NCBI GenBank assembly: GCA_002419135.1
Contig: DIFM01000026.1
Coordinates: 5,381 to 69,380 of the forward strand
Direction: 5' to 3'
Length of the DNA: 64,000 nt
Source of the DNA: Dehalococcoidia bacterium UBA5748
GTDB lineage: Bacteria; Chloroflexota; Dehalococcoidia; Dehalococcoidales; UBA5627
Shown here in pieces: positions 29,629 through 39,500 of this stretch; positions within the stretch are counted from its first letter, which is position 1, and every line of letters begins with the position of its first letter. Under the pieces are notes generated by a model, which searched no databases, was not told where the DNA came from, and worked only from the letters and a program-made list of their open reading frames with translations. Position numbers and translations under genes: made by a program.

Positions 29629-30636
29629 CTATATTTTAAATACAAATATCAATATTATATATGTCACAAAAAATATCAAGCCGAAACATAGCGTGTACCA
29701 GTTCAGTTTATTAAAGCGGATACACAGGTAAAGCACGAACGAGATTATAGTGGTGGCTATAACACTGAGTAAGATATGGATATCGTATGACCATGAAATT
29801 AAAAACAGCGCCAGCGCCGGGTAGAAAGTGGAATAAAGGATTTTCTCTCCCACCAGCGAACCGAGGCTGAGGGTGTCCCTGCCTTTGAATCCCCATATCA
29901 GGGCGGTTGAGGTTTCCGGTATGGCGGTGGCTGCCGGTACGATGATTAAAGCCAGCGCCAGTGCGCTGAGTCCTATTCCTTGCGAAAGCGCCTGTACCGT
30001 GCCGACCATTTTTTCCGAGCCGATATAAAGAAGCCCGATTGCTACCAGCAATTGCAGAACCGCTAAAGCCATCCTTCCCTTGGATGCTTTGGGAATTATA
30101 CGGCAAAAATAGGGAACTTCGGCGTTTTCTATCTGCTCGGCGTTCTTTCTTTTGTACATCGTCCATATGTAGTAAACGAATGCACCCAGAAAAATGGCGG
30201 CAAAAATATAATTGACGATTACGCTATCGGTAAAAGCCGGCACCAGCGTCAGCGGAAAGAGAATGGTTACTAAAAGAAAAGGGGTTGCCAGGGACTTATC
30301 GACATTCATATGGCCGCTGGTTCTCTTTTTAAGCAACAACCCCAGCAGTATGGCAACACCTACCAGCCCGTATGAGAGGCTGGATGCCATAAACGGCTGC
30401 CCGTAAATGGTGCCGACACCGATTTCATGTCCCATCCCGTCGCTGAAGGCAAATATGGCAACCAGAAAGACCACCATCTCCGGTATCGATGTAAAAAGCG
30501 GTGCGATAATAGAGCCGATAAAAGAACAGCCGAGCCGCAGCTGGCTGGCTACCCATTCGATGGCGTTGGTAAAAATCAATGCCGCTATAAAAACCAGAAC
30601 CATTGTCCCAAGTAGTGTCAGTATCGTTTCTGTCAT
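29629..30636 (-). CDS. Ca2+/cation antiporter (CaCA, YrbG-like)
   Basis: 335 aa with two alpha-repeat motifs (GSIIAPLFTSIPEM and VPAATAIPETSTAL) and about 10 TM helices. Confidence 0.85.
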   Translation of the reverse strand: MTETILTLLGTMVLVFIAALIFTNAIEWVASQLRLGCSFIGSIIAPLFTSIPEMVVFLVAIFAFSDGMGHEIGVGTIYGQPFMASSLSYGLVGVAILLGLLLKKRTSGHMNVDKSLATPFLLVTILFPLTLVPAFTDSVIVNYIFAAIFLGAFVYYIWTMYKRKNAEQIENAEVPYFCRIIPKASKGRMALAVLQLLVAIGLLYIGSEKMVGTVQALSQGIGLSALALALIIVPAATAIPETSTALIWGFKGRDTLSLGSLVGEKILYSTFYPALALFLISWSYDIHILLSVIATTIISFVLYLCIRFNKLNWYTLCFGLIFFVTYIILIFVFKI

Positions 30637-30750
30637 TTAATTCCTGCTTTAATAAGTATTCTTGTTATTTCATATTATTATGATACAAATTATATATTAT
30701 GGCTAAACTTTTGGTCAGTAGCAATTATACTGGATTGTTTTATTTCTGCC

Positions 30751-30788
30751 AAAAAAAGAACCGTCCCGCACAAAAAGCAGGACGGTTC
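30751..30788 (-). terminator. rho-independent terminator of the NSS transporter operon
   Basis: gaaccgtcc/ggacggttc 9-bp stem, followed on the minus strand by a T7 run. It lies 28 nt after the small ORF stop. Confidence 0.65.
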
Positions 30789-30815
30789 GGTTAACCGGAT
30801 AAATAATGTTTTTAG

Positions 30816-30923
30816 TTAGTCTTCCCAGCCGCCGCCTCTACCTATACGGGTAAAACAGAAAACAAGGCCGCCGATGAGGAGTGCCCATACAACTACTGTC
30901 GCAATTATTGCACCGACTTCCAT
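30816..30923 (-). CDS. MetS-like small subunit of NSS transporter (35 aa, one TM helix)
   Basis: Below the ORF-track cutoff. Its ATG overlaps the transporter stop (TAATG), with AAGGAGGAAGAA upstream. Product MEVGAIIATVVVWALLIGGLVFCFTRIGRGGGWED. Confidence 0.6.
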   Translation of the reverse strand: MEVGAIIATVVVWALLIGGLVFCFTRIGRGGGWED

Positions 30924-32437
30924 TATTCTTCCTCCTTAGGACCTTTGGTTTTCATACGGCCCAGTGCAAAACTCAAAATGAGGGTTATACCCAGTATGAG
31001 CCATAAAATGTGTGAGCCGTTAAAAGGACCGATTTGATATCCGCCATAGGCTTCCGAAATATCTTCCATAAAACCGCCGTAGATAACGACAAAGGTCATA
31101 GCTATAGGTATTACCAGCTTGATTACCCAGTCCCACCAGGCGCCGAATTTGAAATCCGAAGTTTCATTGAGATATTCCCTGAGTTTCTTGGCTCCGAAAA
31201 CCCAGCCTACCAGAATACAGGAAATGATACCGGTAATCAGCAGTCCGTAGAAGGATACGGCTCTGTCAACAATATCCAGCCAGTAGAGACCGGCCTGGCT
31301 TGTAAACAATATTCCCAGCAGGAACCCGGCGATACAGACAACCAGTGTTGATTTTTTCAGGCTCCAGCCGAATTTATCCCTGAGCGGAGCGGCAACGCCG
31401 CCGTGTGCCAGGAAGAATGCTGAATCCAATCCCAAGAAGAACAGACAGAAGAAGAAGACTAGACCGATTAAGCCGTTTAGCGCCGGCATCATAGATATAG
31501 CCGCCGGGAAGGTTATAAATGCCAGCCCCAGACCGGAAGCGGCAACATCGGTAGCGGAGACTGATAATGCATGCATTAAAAATCCGACTACGCTGAAAAC
31601 GGCAAAACCGGCGAAGAATGCTGTGGCGCTATCAGCAAAGGTAGTGATAGCGGCATTGTTGTTGACATCCGATTTCTTAGCCATGAAACTGCCGTAGGCA
31701 TACATACCGGCCATACCTACCGACAATGAGAAGGCAACCTGGCTGAAGGCAGCAAACCATACGCCTCCGTCTGTTAATACGCTGAAATCTGTCGATAAAT
31801 AGTAGTTGAGCCCGTCGACTGCTCCGGGAAGGGTAATGCCGCGGATGAAAAGAATGACCAGCAGGACCCACGGAATTGCCACCGTCCATACCACTACTTT
31901 ACCGATAACTCTGGCTCCCTTGAACATAATGAAGAACATTATTATCCATATTACGGCTAATAAGGCAAGAGTCAGCCAAACCTGTGGCCCAAAATCAGTG
32001 GGACCGGACGAAATCTGTAAAATGGTATCATAAAAATACCCGGTGGTACTTTCAGCCGCCTCCTGTCCTGTGCCCCATGCCATAGTAATCGAACCAATGG
32101 CATATCTTAACGACCATGCCATTATCACGGTATAATAGGCGACAATTAAAAAGGCCACAAAAACAGGCCACCAGCCTGCCCATTCCCACTTTTTGCCGAT
32201 ACCTGCAAATACTCCCGGTGCTCCCTTCTGGAAATACTTTCCCATACCGAATTCCATCATCAACCAGGGGATCCCCAGTATTATGAGGCCGATAATCCAG
32301 GCAAATAAGAAAGCGCCTCCGCCATATTCATACGTCATATAAGGAAAGCGCCAAACGTTACCCAGCCCTATGGCTGAGCCGATCGCTGCCATAATAAAGA
32401 GCGACCTACTACCCCATCTTTCTCTTTTTACTTCCAT
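30923..32437 (-). CDS. sodium-dependent transporter, NSS/SNF family
   Basis: 504 aa. AIGSAIGLGNVWRFPY signature and 11-12 TM helices. Confidence 0.92.
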   Translation of the reverse strand: MEVKRERWGSRSLFIMAAIGSAIGLGNVWRFPYMTYEYGGGAFLFAWIIGLIILGIPWLMMEFGMGKYFQKGAPGVFAGIGKKWEWAGWWPVFVAFLIVAYYTVIMAWSLRYAIGSITMAWGTGQEAAESTTGYFYDTILQISSGPTDFGPQVWLTLALLAVIWIIMFFIMFKGARVIGKVVVWTVAIPWVLLVILFIRGITLPGAVDGLNYYLSTDFSVLTDGGVWFAAFSQVAFSLSVGMAGMYAYGSFMAKKSDVNNNAAITTFADSATAFFAGFAVFSVVGFLMHALSVSATDVAASGLGLAFITFPAAISMMPALNGLIGLVFFFCLFFLGLDSAFFLAHGGVAAPLRDKFGWSLKKSTLVVCIAGFLLGILFTSQAGLYWLDIVDRAVSFYGLLITGIISCILVGWVFGAKKLREYLNETSDFKFGAWWDWVIKLVIPIAMTFVVIYGGFMEDISEAYGGYQIGPFNGSHILWLILGITLILSFALGRMKTKGPKEEE

Positions 32438-32684
32438 TGTTTGATCCTTTTCTACCTTCCTTCTAATAGATTTTTAAAACCAAGATAAAAAATGACTCTA
32501 ACTTATACCTCCTTTGTCACGGATTTTTATTAAAAAGCCCAGTTTAGCTTTACATATCCTAACTACCGGACCGGAGTAAACCGGAAATAAAATAAAAAGT
32601 AAATTAACCGCAATTTTAGTAGACTTCAAGCAAAGTGTCAATAGTTATTGGGTGGAAACAAAAGGTTTTTGTTTTAAAAAAGCG

Positions 32685-32717
32685 TTAGCAATCCGCTAGC
32701 AATCCGTTAGCAAAAAC
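32685..32717 (+). repeat. three tandem 11-bp repeats (ttagcaatccg / ctagcaatccg / ttagcaaaaac)
   Basis: Read directly in the AT-rich intergenic region at the left edge of the island. Confidence 0.7.
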
Positions 32718-32872
32718 ATAGTAATAATTCAGTATTAAAACATTAAATATTTTCGCAATCTTAAAACAATTTATTTTGAATAATGAAGATATCATTGTAA
32801 ACTGTGCTTTACAAGTGTAAAATAGCCACAACTAATCATCGTTTATACTTATTAAAGTATTGAGGGGTAAAA

Positions 32873-33133
32873 ATGCCGAGGCTTACCGAACAGGAACAAC
32901 AGGAAATAATCCGCTATCTGGAAACTGATAAACCCCTGCCCGATAAATACCGTTTTCTGCTTTTTGGTGATAAACGCGAAGTAGAGCTTGTCTGGAACGG
33001 CAAAACCAACGAAGTCTGCAATATCGTACTCCCCTTTCAGGTAATCGAGCAGGTCGATGAACCCCGCGCCGAAAAGGACACCCGCCTGCAGATGAGTATG
33101 TTCGATGAGTTGCATAATGGCATAAAAAAATGA
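32873..33133 (+). pseudogene. N-terminal stub (86 aa) of a type III Mod-like DNA methyltransferase
   Basis: KPLPDKYRFLLFGDKREVELVWNGKTNEVCNIVLPFQVIEQVDEPRAEK matches the N-terminus I recall for ~900-aa N6_N4 methylases. It stops before any catalytic motif. Composition switches to AT-rich at about 33120. Confidence 0.6.
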
Positions 33134-33221
33134 CGAATTGTTATTTCTCTTAAAAATAGACATAAATAGTTTAATACTATAGTATCAAAGAATATTATGT
33201 GGTAAAATCAGGCTGATTATC

Positions 33222-36200
33222 ATGCCAGATACAACATTTATCAGTAATGAAAGTAATAAGAAATTAAAGGATAGACTTACTGAACTCATTAAGCATAGTA
33301 AGGAATTAAAATTTCTTGTTGGTTTTTTCTATTTCTCCGGAATTAGAGAATTGTATGACTCTTTAAAGAATAATCCCGCTGTTCAGTTGGATATCCTTGT
33401 TGGTTTGAATGTAGACAGAAAATTAAATAGGCTTACTGAATACAGCGATACGACAAAAGGTTTATCCGATAAAGAAAAATTTGAGCGTTTTCTTACTTCT
33501 ATATCGAAATCAATTAACTCAGATGACTTTGATAATAAGGAATTTTATGAACAGTCTGCATTTTTTATTGAAGCTATTAAACAAGATAGGTTGAGAATCA
33601 GAAAAACATATGACCCGAACCATGCAAAGCTATATATTTTCAAACTGAAAGGCGATGCCGCCGTCGTTAAGAAATCGCTTTTTATTACAGGTAGCAGCAA
33701 TCTGACAAAAGCCGGCCTCTCTCTACAAAACGAATTTAATGTTGAAATCAGTGATTATGGAACTCAAGAAGCTGAAGATTATTTCGATACTTTATGGGAT
33801 GAAGCGGTAAAAATCACTGAGTATGCTGAATTCAAGAAACGTTTAACTGATTTTCTTGATAAGCAAATACTTACAACTGAAGTTACACCATACGAAGCAT
33901 TTGCATTGGTACTTAAAAACTATACTGAGTTGCAGGACCAAAAGCAGATTCAACAACGTTTACTCGATTTACTCGAAGAAAACGGATATAAAAGGTATCA
34001 ATATCAAATTGACGCTGTTACACAAGCTTTAGAGGTAATTAAAAATAATAATGGCGTCATCATTGCCGATGTTGTAGGATTGGGTAAAAGTATCATTGCT
34101 TCACTGGTTGCCAAAAGCCTTAGGGGGCGGGGTGTAATTATTTGTCCGCCGGACCTTATCGGGGATGACAATTACACTACTGGCTGGAAGAAATATAAAA
34201 ACGATTTTAAATTATACGATTGGGAAATTCGTTCATGCGGTTTGCTAACATTAAAAAACACACTTGAACTTGTCCGCAATAATAATGATTTCGAGGTTAT
34301 TATTATAGACGAAGCCCATCGGTTTAGAAACCAGGACACTGAAGCCTATGATGTATTGCGTAATATTTGCCGCGGGAAGACAGTAATCCTGCTTACGGCT
34401 ACTCCCTTTAATAATACACCTGCTGATATTTTATCGTTATTAAGTTTGTTTACAATCCCGGCAAAATCTAATATTACACTGGATGACGATTTAACAATCA
34501 GATTCAGGTCTTATTCTCAAATGTTCCGAAAGCTTTCAAATATAAAAAAGAATTATAATCATAGTAATTCTTCGAAAAAAAATCTGGCTATTGCAGATTA
34601 TCAAGCCCTTTTCGGAGATAAAAATGTCAATTTGAACAAGGTCACAGAAAGGACCAGATATTTATCCAGAAGTATACGTACCGCAATTTCGCCTATTACT
34701 ATCAGACGGAACAGGATAGATTTAAGAAAAGACCCTGTTTACTCGCAAGAAATATATGAACTATCCGATGTTAAAGACCCTTGCGAGATATTTTTTGAAC
34801 TCACTACTGAACAATCTATATTTTATGATAAGGTCTTGGATGAATATTTTGGCGAGAACGGCGAGTTCAGCGGTGCTATTTATCAACCGTTTATATATGA
34901 AAAGGGCCAGAACAGGCATAATGAACAATCAAGAAATGAGGAAGATAACCGCCAGGTAAATATACAGAAAAACCTGTATGATTTTATGAGACGTTTGCTT
35001 GTAAAAAGATTCGAAAGTTCCTTTGGGTCTTTTAGGCAGAGTATTATTAATTTCAAGTCTGTTACTGAAAAAGTGCAGCAGTTTATTAAGAACTCGAATG
35101 GTAAATATATTCTCGACCGCAATCTGCTTGAAAATATTTACGATTTAGATATCGATGAAATAGAAGATGCTTTAAAAGAATACGAAACACTTATCGGAAC
35201 TGGGATTTTCCCCAAAAACTACAAAATTTACGAAATAGACACATTTAAATCCAGGGATAAATTCCTAGCAGATATACAGTCCGATATAGAATTATTTGAC
35301 CGTATTTTAAGCGAATTGGATGCGCTTAAATTGGTCGATAATGACCCAAAGATAAAGAAATTAGCCGGTGAAGTAAAGAAGATAATTGCCAAAAAAGACG
35401 AGCTTGACGAACCGGAAAGAAAAGTCATTATTTTTACGGAATATGTCGATACTGCGAGATACCTGGGAACTTATTTCAACAATGTATTTTCCGATTGCTT
35501 TATCACTGTAAAAGGCGATTTGGATAAGAAAAAAACGGATGAAATATTAAGAAATTTCGACAGTACTCATATTAAGCCGGAAAACAATTACAAGATTCTC
35601 ATTACTACCGATAAAATGGCAGAAGGTTTTAACTTAAACCGGGCAGGTGCGGTGATTAACTACGATATACCTTGGAATCCTACCCGTGTTATTCAACGTG
35701 TCGGACGTATCAACCGCATCAGCAAACGGATATTTAAAAACCTGTACATATATAATTTCTTCCCGACTATCAAGGGCTCAACAGTAGTGAAAAGCCGTCA
35801 AATAGCCACCGAAAAGATGTTTTTAATCCATAACACACTTGGGGAGGATGCCAAAATCTTTGAAATCGATGAAGAACCCACTCCTTCCAGGCTTTTCCAG
35901 AAAATAATGGAAAATCCGGATGAAATGGAGGGTGAGAGCTTTCAGACAAAAGTAAGGCAAATGTATGCCGCTATTGTCAAAGAATCACCGGAGGTAATCG
36001 AGAGAATAAATGAATTGCCTTCAAGAATAAAAGTGGCTAAAGGTTTTAAGGATGACAATCTGGTAGTTTACATCAAAAAAGGAATCGGTTTATTTGCAAG
36101 GGGCTTTGTTAATGGCAGGGATAAACCCGAAGACCTCGTTTTTGAAGATACCTTATCGCTCATAGAATGCGGCAAGGAAGAAAAAGCATTGCAGCTCAGC

Positions 36201-36587
36201 GATTCTTTTTGGAAAAATTATATCAGCGTAAAAAGTTATAAGGATGTCCCGGCTATGCCTTTAGGCCCTGCAAGTATAGAAATTAAAGCCTTAAACAATG
36301 TTAATGCATTACTGGAAGCAAAAATACCGGAAATTGAAGGTTACCTGCCGTTATTGAGAGACCTTAGGGAAGATATGCTCGAATATAAAACGCTACCGGA
36401 TTACACGTTGCGCAGAATAGCTAATCTTAACGCTCAGAATAAAGGCAATGCAAAGCAGAAAAGTGTCAGGGAAGAGTTGGATAAGCTCAAAAAGGAACTC
36501 GGAGAGAATTATCTGGATAAAGTAAAAGCACGAGTAGGCACATTGGAAACCGAGGTTATTATAGCCATTGAAAACATCAAGGAATGA
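33222..36587 (+). CDS. PLD-family (HKD) nuclease domain fused to SNF2-family helicase
   Basis: 1121 aa. HKD motif NHAKLYIF...ITGSSNLTKAG in the first 200 aa. SNF2 motifs: ADVVGLGKS, IIIDEAHRFRN, LLTATPFNN, TTDKMAEGFNLN and DIPWNPTRVIQRVGRINRI. Confidence 0.9.
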   Translation: MPDTTFISNESNKKLKDRLTELIKHSKELKFLVGFFYFSGIRELYDSLKNNPAVQLDILVGLNVDRKLNRLTEYSDTTKGLSDKEKFERFLTSISKSINSDDFDNKEFYEQSAFFIEAIKQDRLRIRKTYDPNHAKLYIFKLKGDAAVVKKSLFITGSSNLTKAGLSLQNEFNVEISDYGTQEAEDYFDTLWDEAVKITEYAEFKKRLTDFLDKQILTTEVTPYEAFALVLKNYTELQDQKQIQQRLLDLLEENGYKRYQYQIDAVTQALEVIKNNNGVIIADVVGLGKSIIASLVAKSLRGRGVIICPPDLIGDDNYTTGWKKYKNDFKLYDWEIRSCGLLTLKNTLELVRNNNDFEVIIIDEAHRFRNQDTEAYDVLRNICRGKTVILLTATPFNNTPADILSLLSLFTIPAKSNITLDDDLTIRFRSYSQMFRKLSNIKKNYNHSNSSKKNLAIADYQALFGDKNVNLNKVTERTRYLSRSIRTAISPITIRRNRIDLRKDPVYSQEIYELSDVKDPCEIFFELTTEQSIFYDKVLDEYFGENGEFSGAIYQPFIYEKGQNRHNEQSRNEEDNRQVNIQKNLYDFMRRLLVKRFESSFGSFRQSIINFKSVTEKVQQFIKNSNGKYILDRNLLENIYDLDIDEIEDALKEYETLIGTGIFPKNYKIYEIDTFKSRDKFLADIQSDIELFDRILSELDALKLVDNDPKIKKLAGEVKKIIAKKDELDEPERKVIIFTEYVDTARYLGTYFNNVFSDCFITVKGDLDKKKTDEILRNFDSTHIKPENNYKILITTDKMAEGFNLNRAGAVINYDIPWNPTRVIQRVGRINRISKRIFKNLYIYNFFPTIKGSTVVKSRQIATEKMFLIHNTLGEDAKIFEIDEEPTPSRLFQKIMENPDEMEGESFQTKVRQMYAAIVKESPEVIERINELPSRIKVAKGFKDDNLVVYIKKGIGLFARGFVNGRDKPEDLVFEDTLSLIECGKEEKALQLSDSFWKNYISVKSYKDVPAMPLGPASIEIKALNNVNALLEAKIPEIEGYLPLLRDLREDMLEYKTLPDYTLRRIANLNAQNKGNAKQKSVREELDKLKKELGENYLDKVKARVGTLETEVIIAIENIKE

Positions 36588-39500
36588 ATATGAATGAAGA
36601 ACGCTTGACCAAACTGATTAACGATTTTAATCCTAAAAACCTCACCTTTTTTCTCCGTGATAAATGTATAAATTATGCCGAAATTCTCCAATTATTGCCC
36701 CAATACGATGATGAAAGGTTCAATGCCTTTCAAAAGCTTGGGGAAATTAAATTCGATAACAACGACAGGCTGGTTGTAGTAACCGCTAAGGTATGTGGTG
36801 ATTTAAGCGAACGCTCCGGTAAAAAAGCCCAGTATGATAAAGCTAAAAAGATACTTAAGGAATTATTGGTCTGCAATGCCGGCTTTTTTATCTATTACGA
36901 TAACAACGGGAATTTCCGTTTCAGCCTCGTTTATGCGCAATACGAAGGCACGAAAGTCAATTTTAACAACTTCCGGCGTTTTACCTACTTTATAGATAAG
37001 CAGCAGACGAATAATACCTTTAAAAAGAGAGTCGGCGAGTGTGATTTTATAAGCCTTGAAAAAATCAAGGATGCTTTCTCGGTCGAGAAGGTTAACAAGG
37101 AATTTTACGGTGAAATCGCCAAATACTATTACAGGCTGACCGATAAAACTCACAAAGAATTGGTATTGCCGTCAGTCGGCGAAAATGATGGAAGCAAATA
37201 TGAGGAATTTGCCGTAAGGCTTATCGGGCGTATTATTTTCTGCTGGTTTTTAAAACACAAATCATCGGCGAACAGAATACCTTTAATCCCGAAAGCTGTT
37301 TTATCATCAGATGCGGTAGATGTTAAAAAAGAATATTACCATTTAATCCTCGAAAAGCTGTTTTTTGAGGTAATGAATAAGCAGCAAGGCAAGAGAACGA
37401 ATGATATCGATTTATATATCCCGAATCACAAGCAAATCCCGTTTTTAAACGGTGGTCTCTTCGAAGCCCACAATAATGATTTTTACAAAGGTACTGTAAA
37501 TAATAATTTAAAGATATCTCCGCAATGGTTTAAGGAATTTTTCGTATTGTTGGAACGCTATAACTTTACAATCGATGAAAACTCGACGGTCGATGCCGAA
37601 GTATCCGTTGACCCGGAAATGCTGGGCAGAATCTTTGAGAACCTGCTGGCGGAAATAGTGCCGGAAACCGGAGAAACCGCCAGAAAGGCTACCGGTAGTT
37701 ACTATACTCCACGTGTTATTGTGGATTACATGGTCGAGCAGTCTTTAAAGCAATACTTGGTAACCAAAACAAGCCTGACTGAAGATATTATCGATTCTCT
37801 GCTTTCGTATGAGGTTGATACCGTAGATATAACCGATAGCGAAAAAACGGCTGTTGTGAAGGCATTGAAGGAAATTAAAGTTATCGACCCAGCCTGCGGT
37901 TCCGGGGCTTTCCCGATGGGTATTTTACATCGAATATTACTGGTTTTGGAGAAAGTAGACCCTAATCTCGAAATTTGGAGAAAGTTGTATCTTAGTACCT
38001 ATCATCCGGTAATGAGAAAAATAATTGAGGACAAACTAAGTAAAGGCAATGAGCAGTATATACGCAAGCTGACGATAATTCAGGATTCCATTTACGGAGT
38101 TGATATACAGCCGATTGCGGTAGAGATAGCTAAGTTAAGATGTTTCCTTTCGCTGGTTGTGGATGAACTGGTTTTTGATAATGAAGATAATCGTGGTATC
38201 GAAGCATTGCCCAATCTGGAGTTCAAATTTGTTGCGGCAAATACCCTTATTGGATTGCCACCAATCGCTAGCCAAAGTGCCTTTGGTGTTACGGATTTAG
38301 TTGAAAAACTTAAGGATTTAAGGGAAAGATACCTACGTAGCTTTGGTGAAGAAAAGTTACAAATCGAAAAGGAGTTCAAAGACACCCAGCAGAAACTCTA
38401 TAAAGAGAATGTTCAATGGGCTTTATCAAGTACTATAGCAAAACAGCTCAGTGATTGGGACCCGTTCTCTTACGAATCCTGTAGCTGGTTCGAGCCTGCG
38501 TGGATGTTTGGGAAAGATGGTTTTGATATTGTGATTGCCAACCCGCCGTATTTAGGGGAAAAAGGACATAAGGAAATATTCCAAAAGATAAAACAAGGTA
38601 CACTCAAAAAATATTATATAGGCAAGATGGATTTATTTTATTTCTTTTTCCATCTGGCTCTTAATCTGAGTGATATTAACTCTCAAATAGCTTTTATAAC
38701 TACGAATTACTACCCGACTGCATCCAGCGCCATTAAACTGCGTAAAGATTTTAAGGAGCGCTCTATAATTCGCAGATTAATCAACTTCAATGAGCTAAAG
38801 ATATTTGAGTCAGCTTTAGGGCAGCATAATATGGTGTCAATAATATCCAAAGGACAGGACGAAAACGCTAAAGTTGATACGTGTATTACTTGCAGAACAG
38901 GTGTAGCTAATATGAACATATTGCACGATATACTAGCTTGGGCGGATATCGAGACTACTTACTACAACTTAACACAAAATGATTTGTATGAAGGGGATGA
39001 ATGTTATATGCGGATTACGGGAAGTGCGGCTTCTGAAGCAACCCCTATACAACATATTCTCAACAAAGTTCAAACCCAAGGGCATAAACTTATCCTGTTT
39101 TGTAATATTAATCAAGGCATTGTTACTGGCGCAGATAAATTAAGCAACAGGCACATTATTAAATATGGAATTAAAGGAAATCGAGGGGATGGCATTTTCG
39201 TTTTAGATAGTGAAGAAATTGCTGACCTTAGAATTCCTTGTGCTGATAAAAAAATATTAAAACCTTGGTTTAAAAATTCGGATATCCTAAAATGGAAAAC
39301 CCAAAAAGAAACACACGAAAATGTGATCTACTTAGACCGACACAACAAAGAAATCTACGAAAACTATGAAAGGCACCTCACAAAATATAAAGCAGTACTT
39401 GCCCAAAGGAGAGAAGTTATTAATGGAGTAATTAACTGGTGGCAACTTCAATGGCCAAGAGATATTAATTTTTGTGGACCTAAAGTTGTTGTTCCCCAGC

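Noticed and set aside
32852-33163. 103-aa minus-strand ORF overlapping the Mod stub
   Set aside because: The plus-strand frame carries a recognisable methylase N-terminus. The minus-strand product has no features and no ribosome-binding site.
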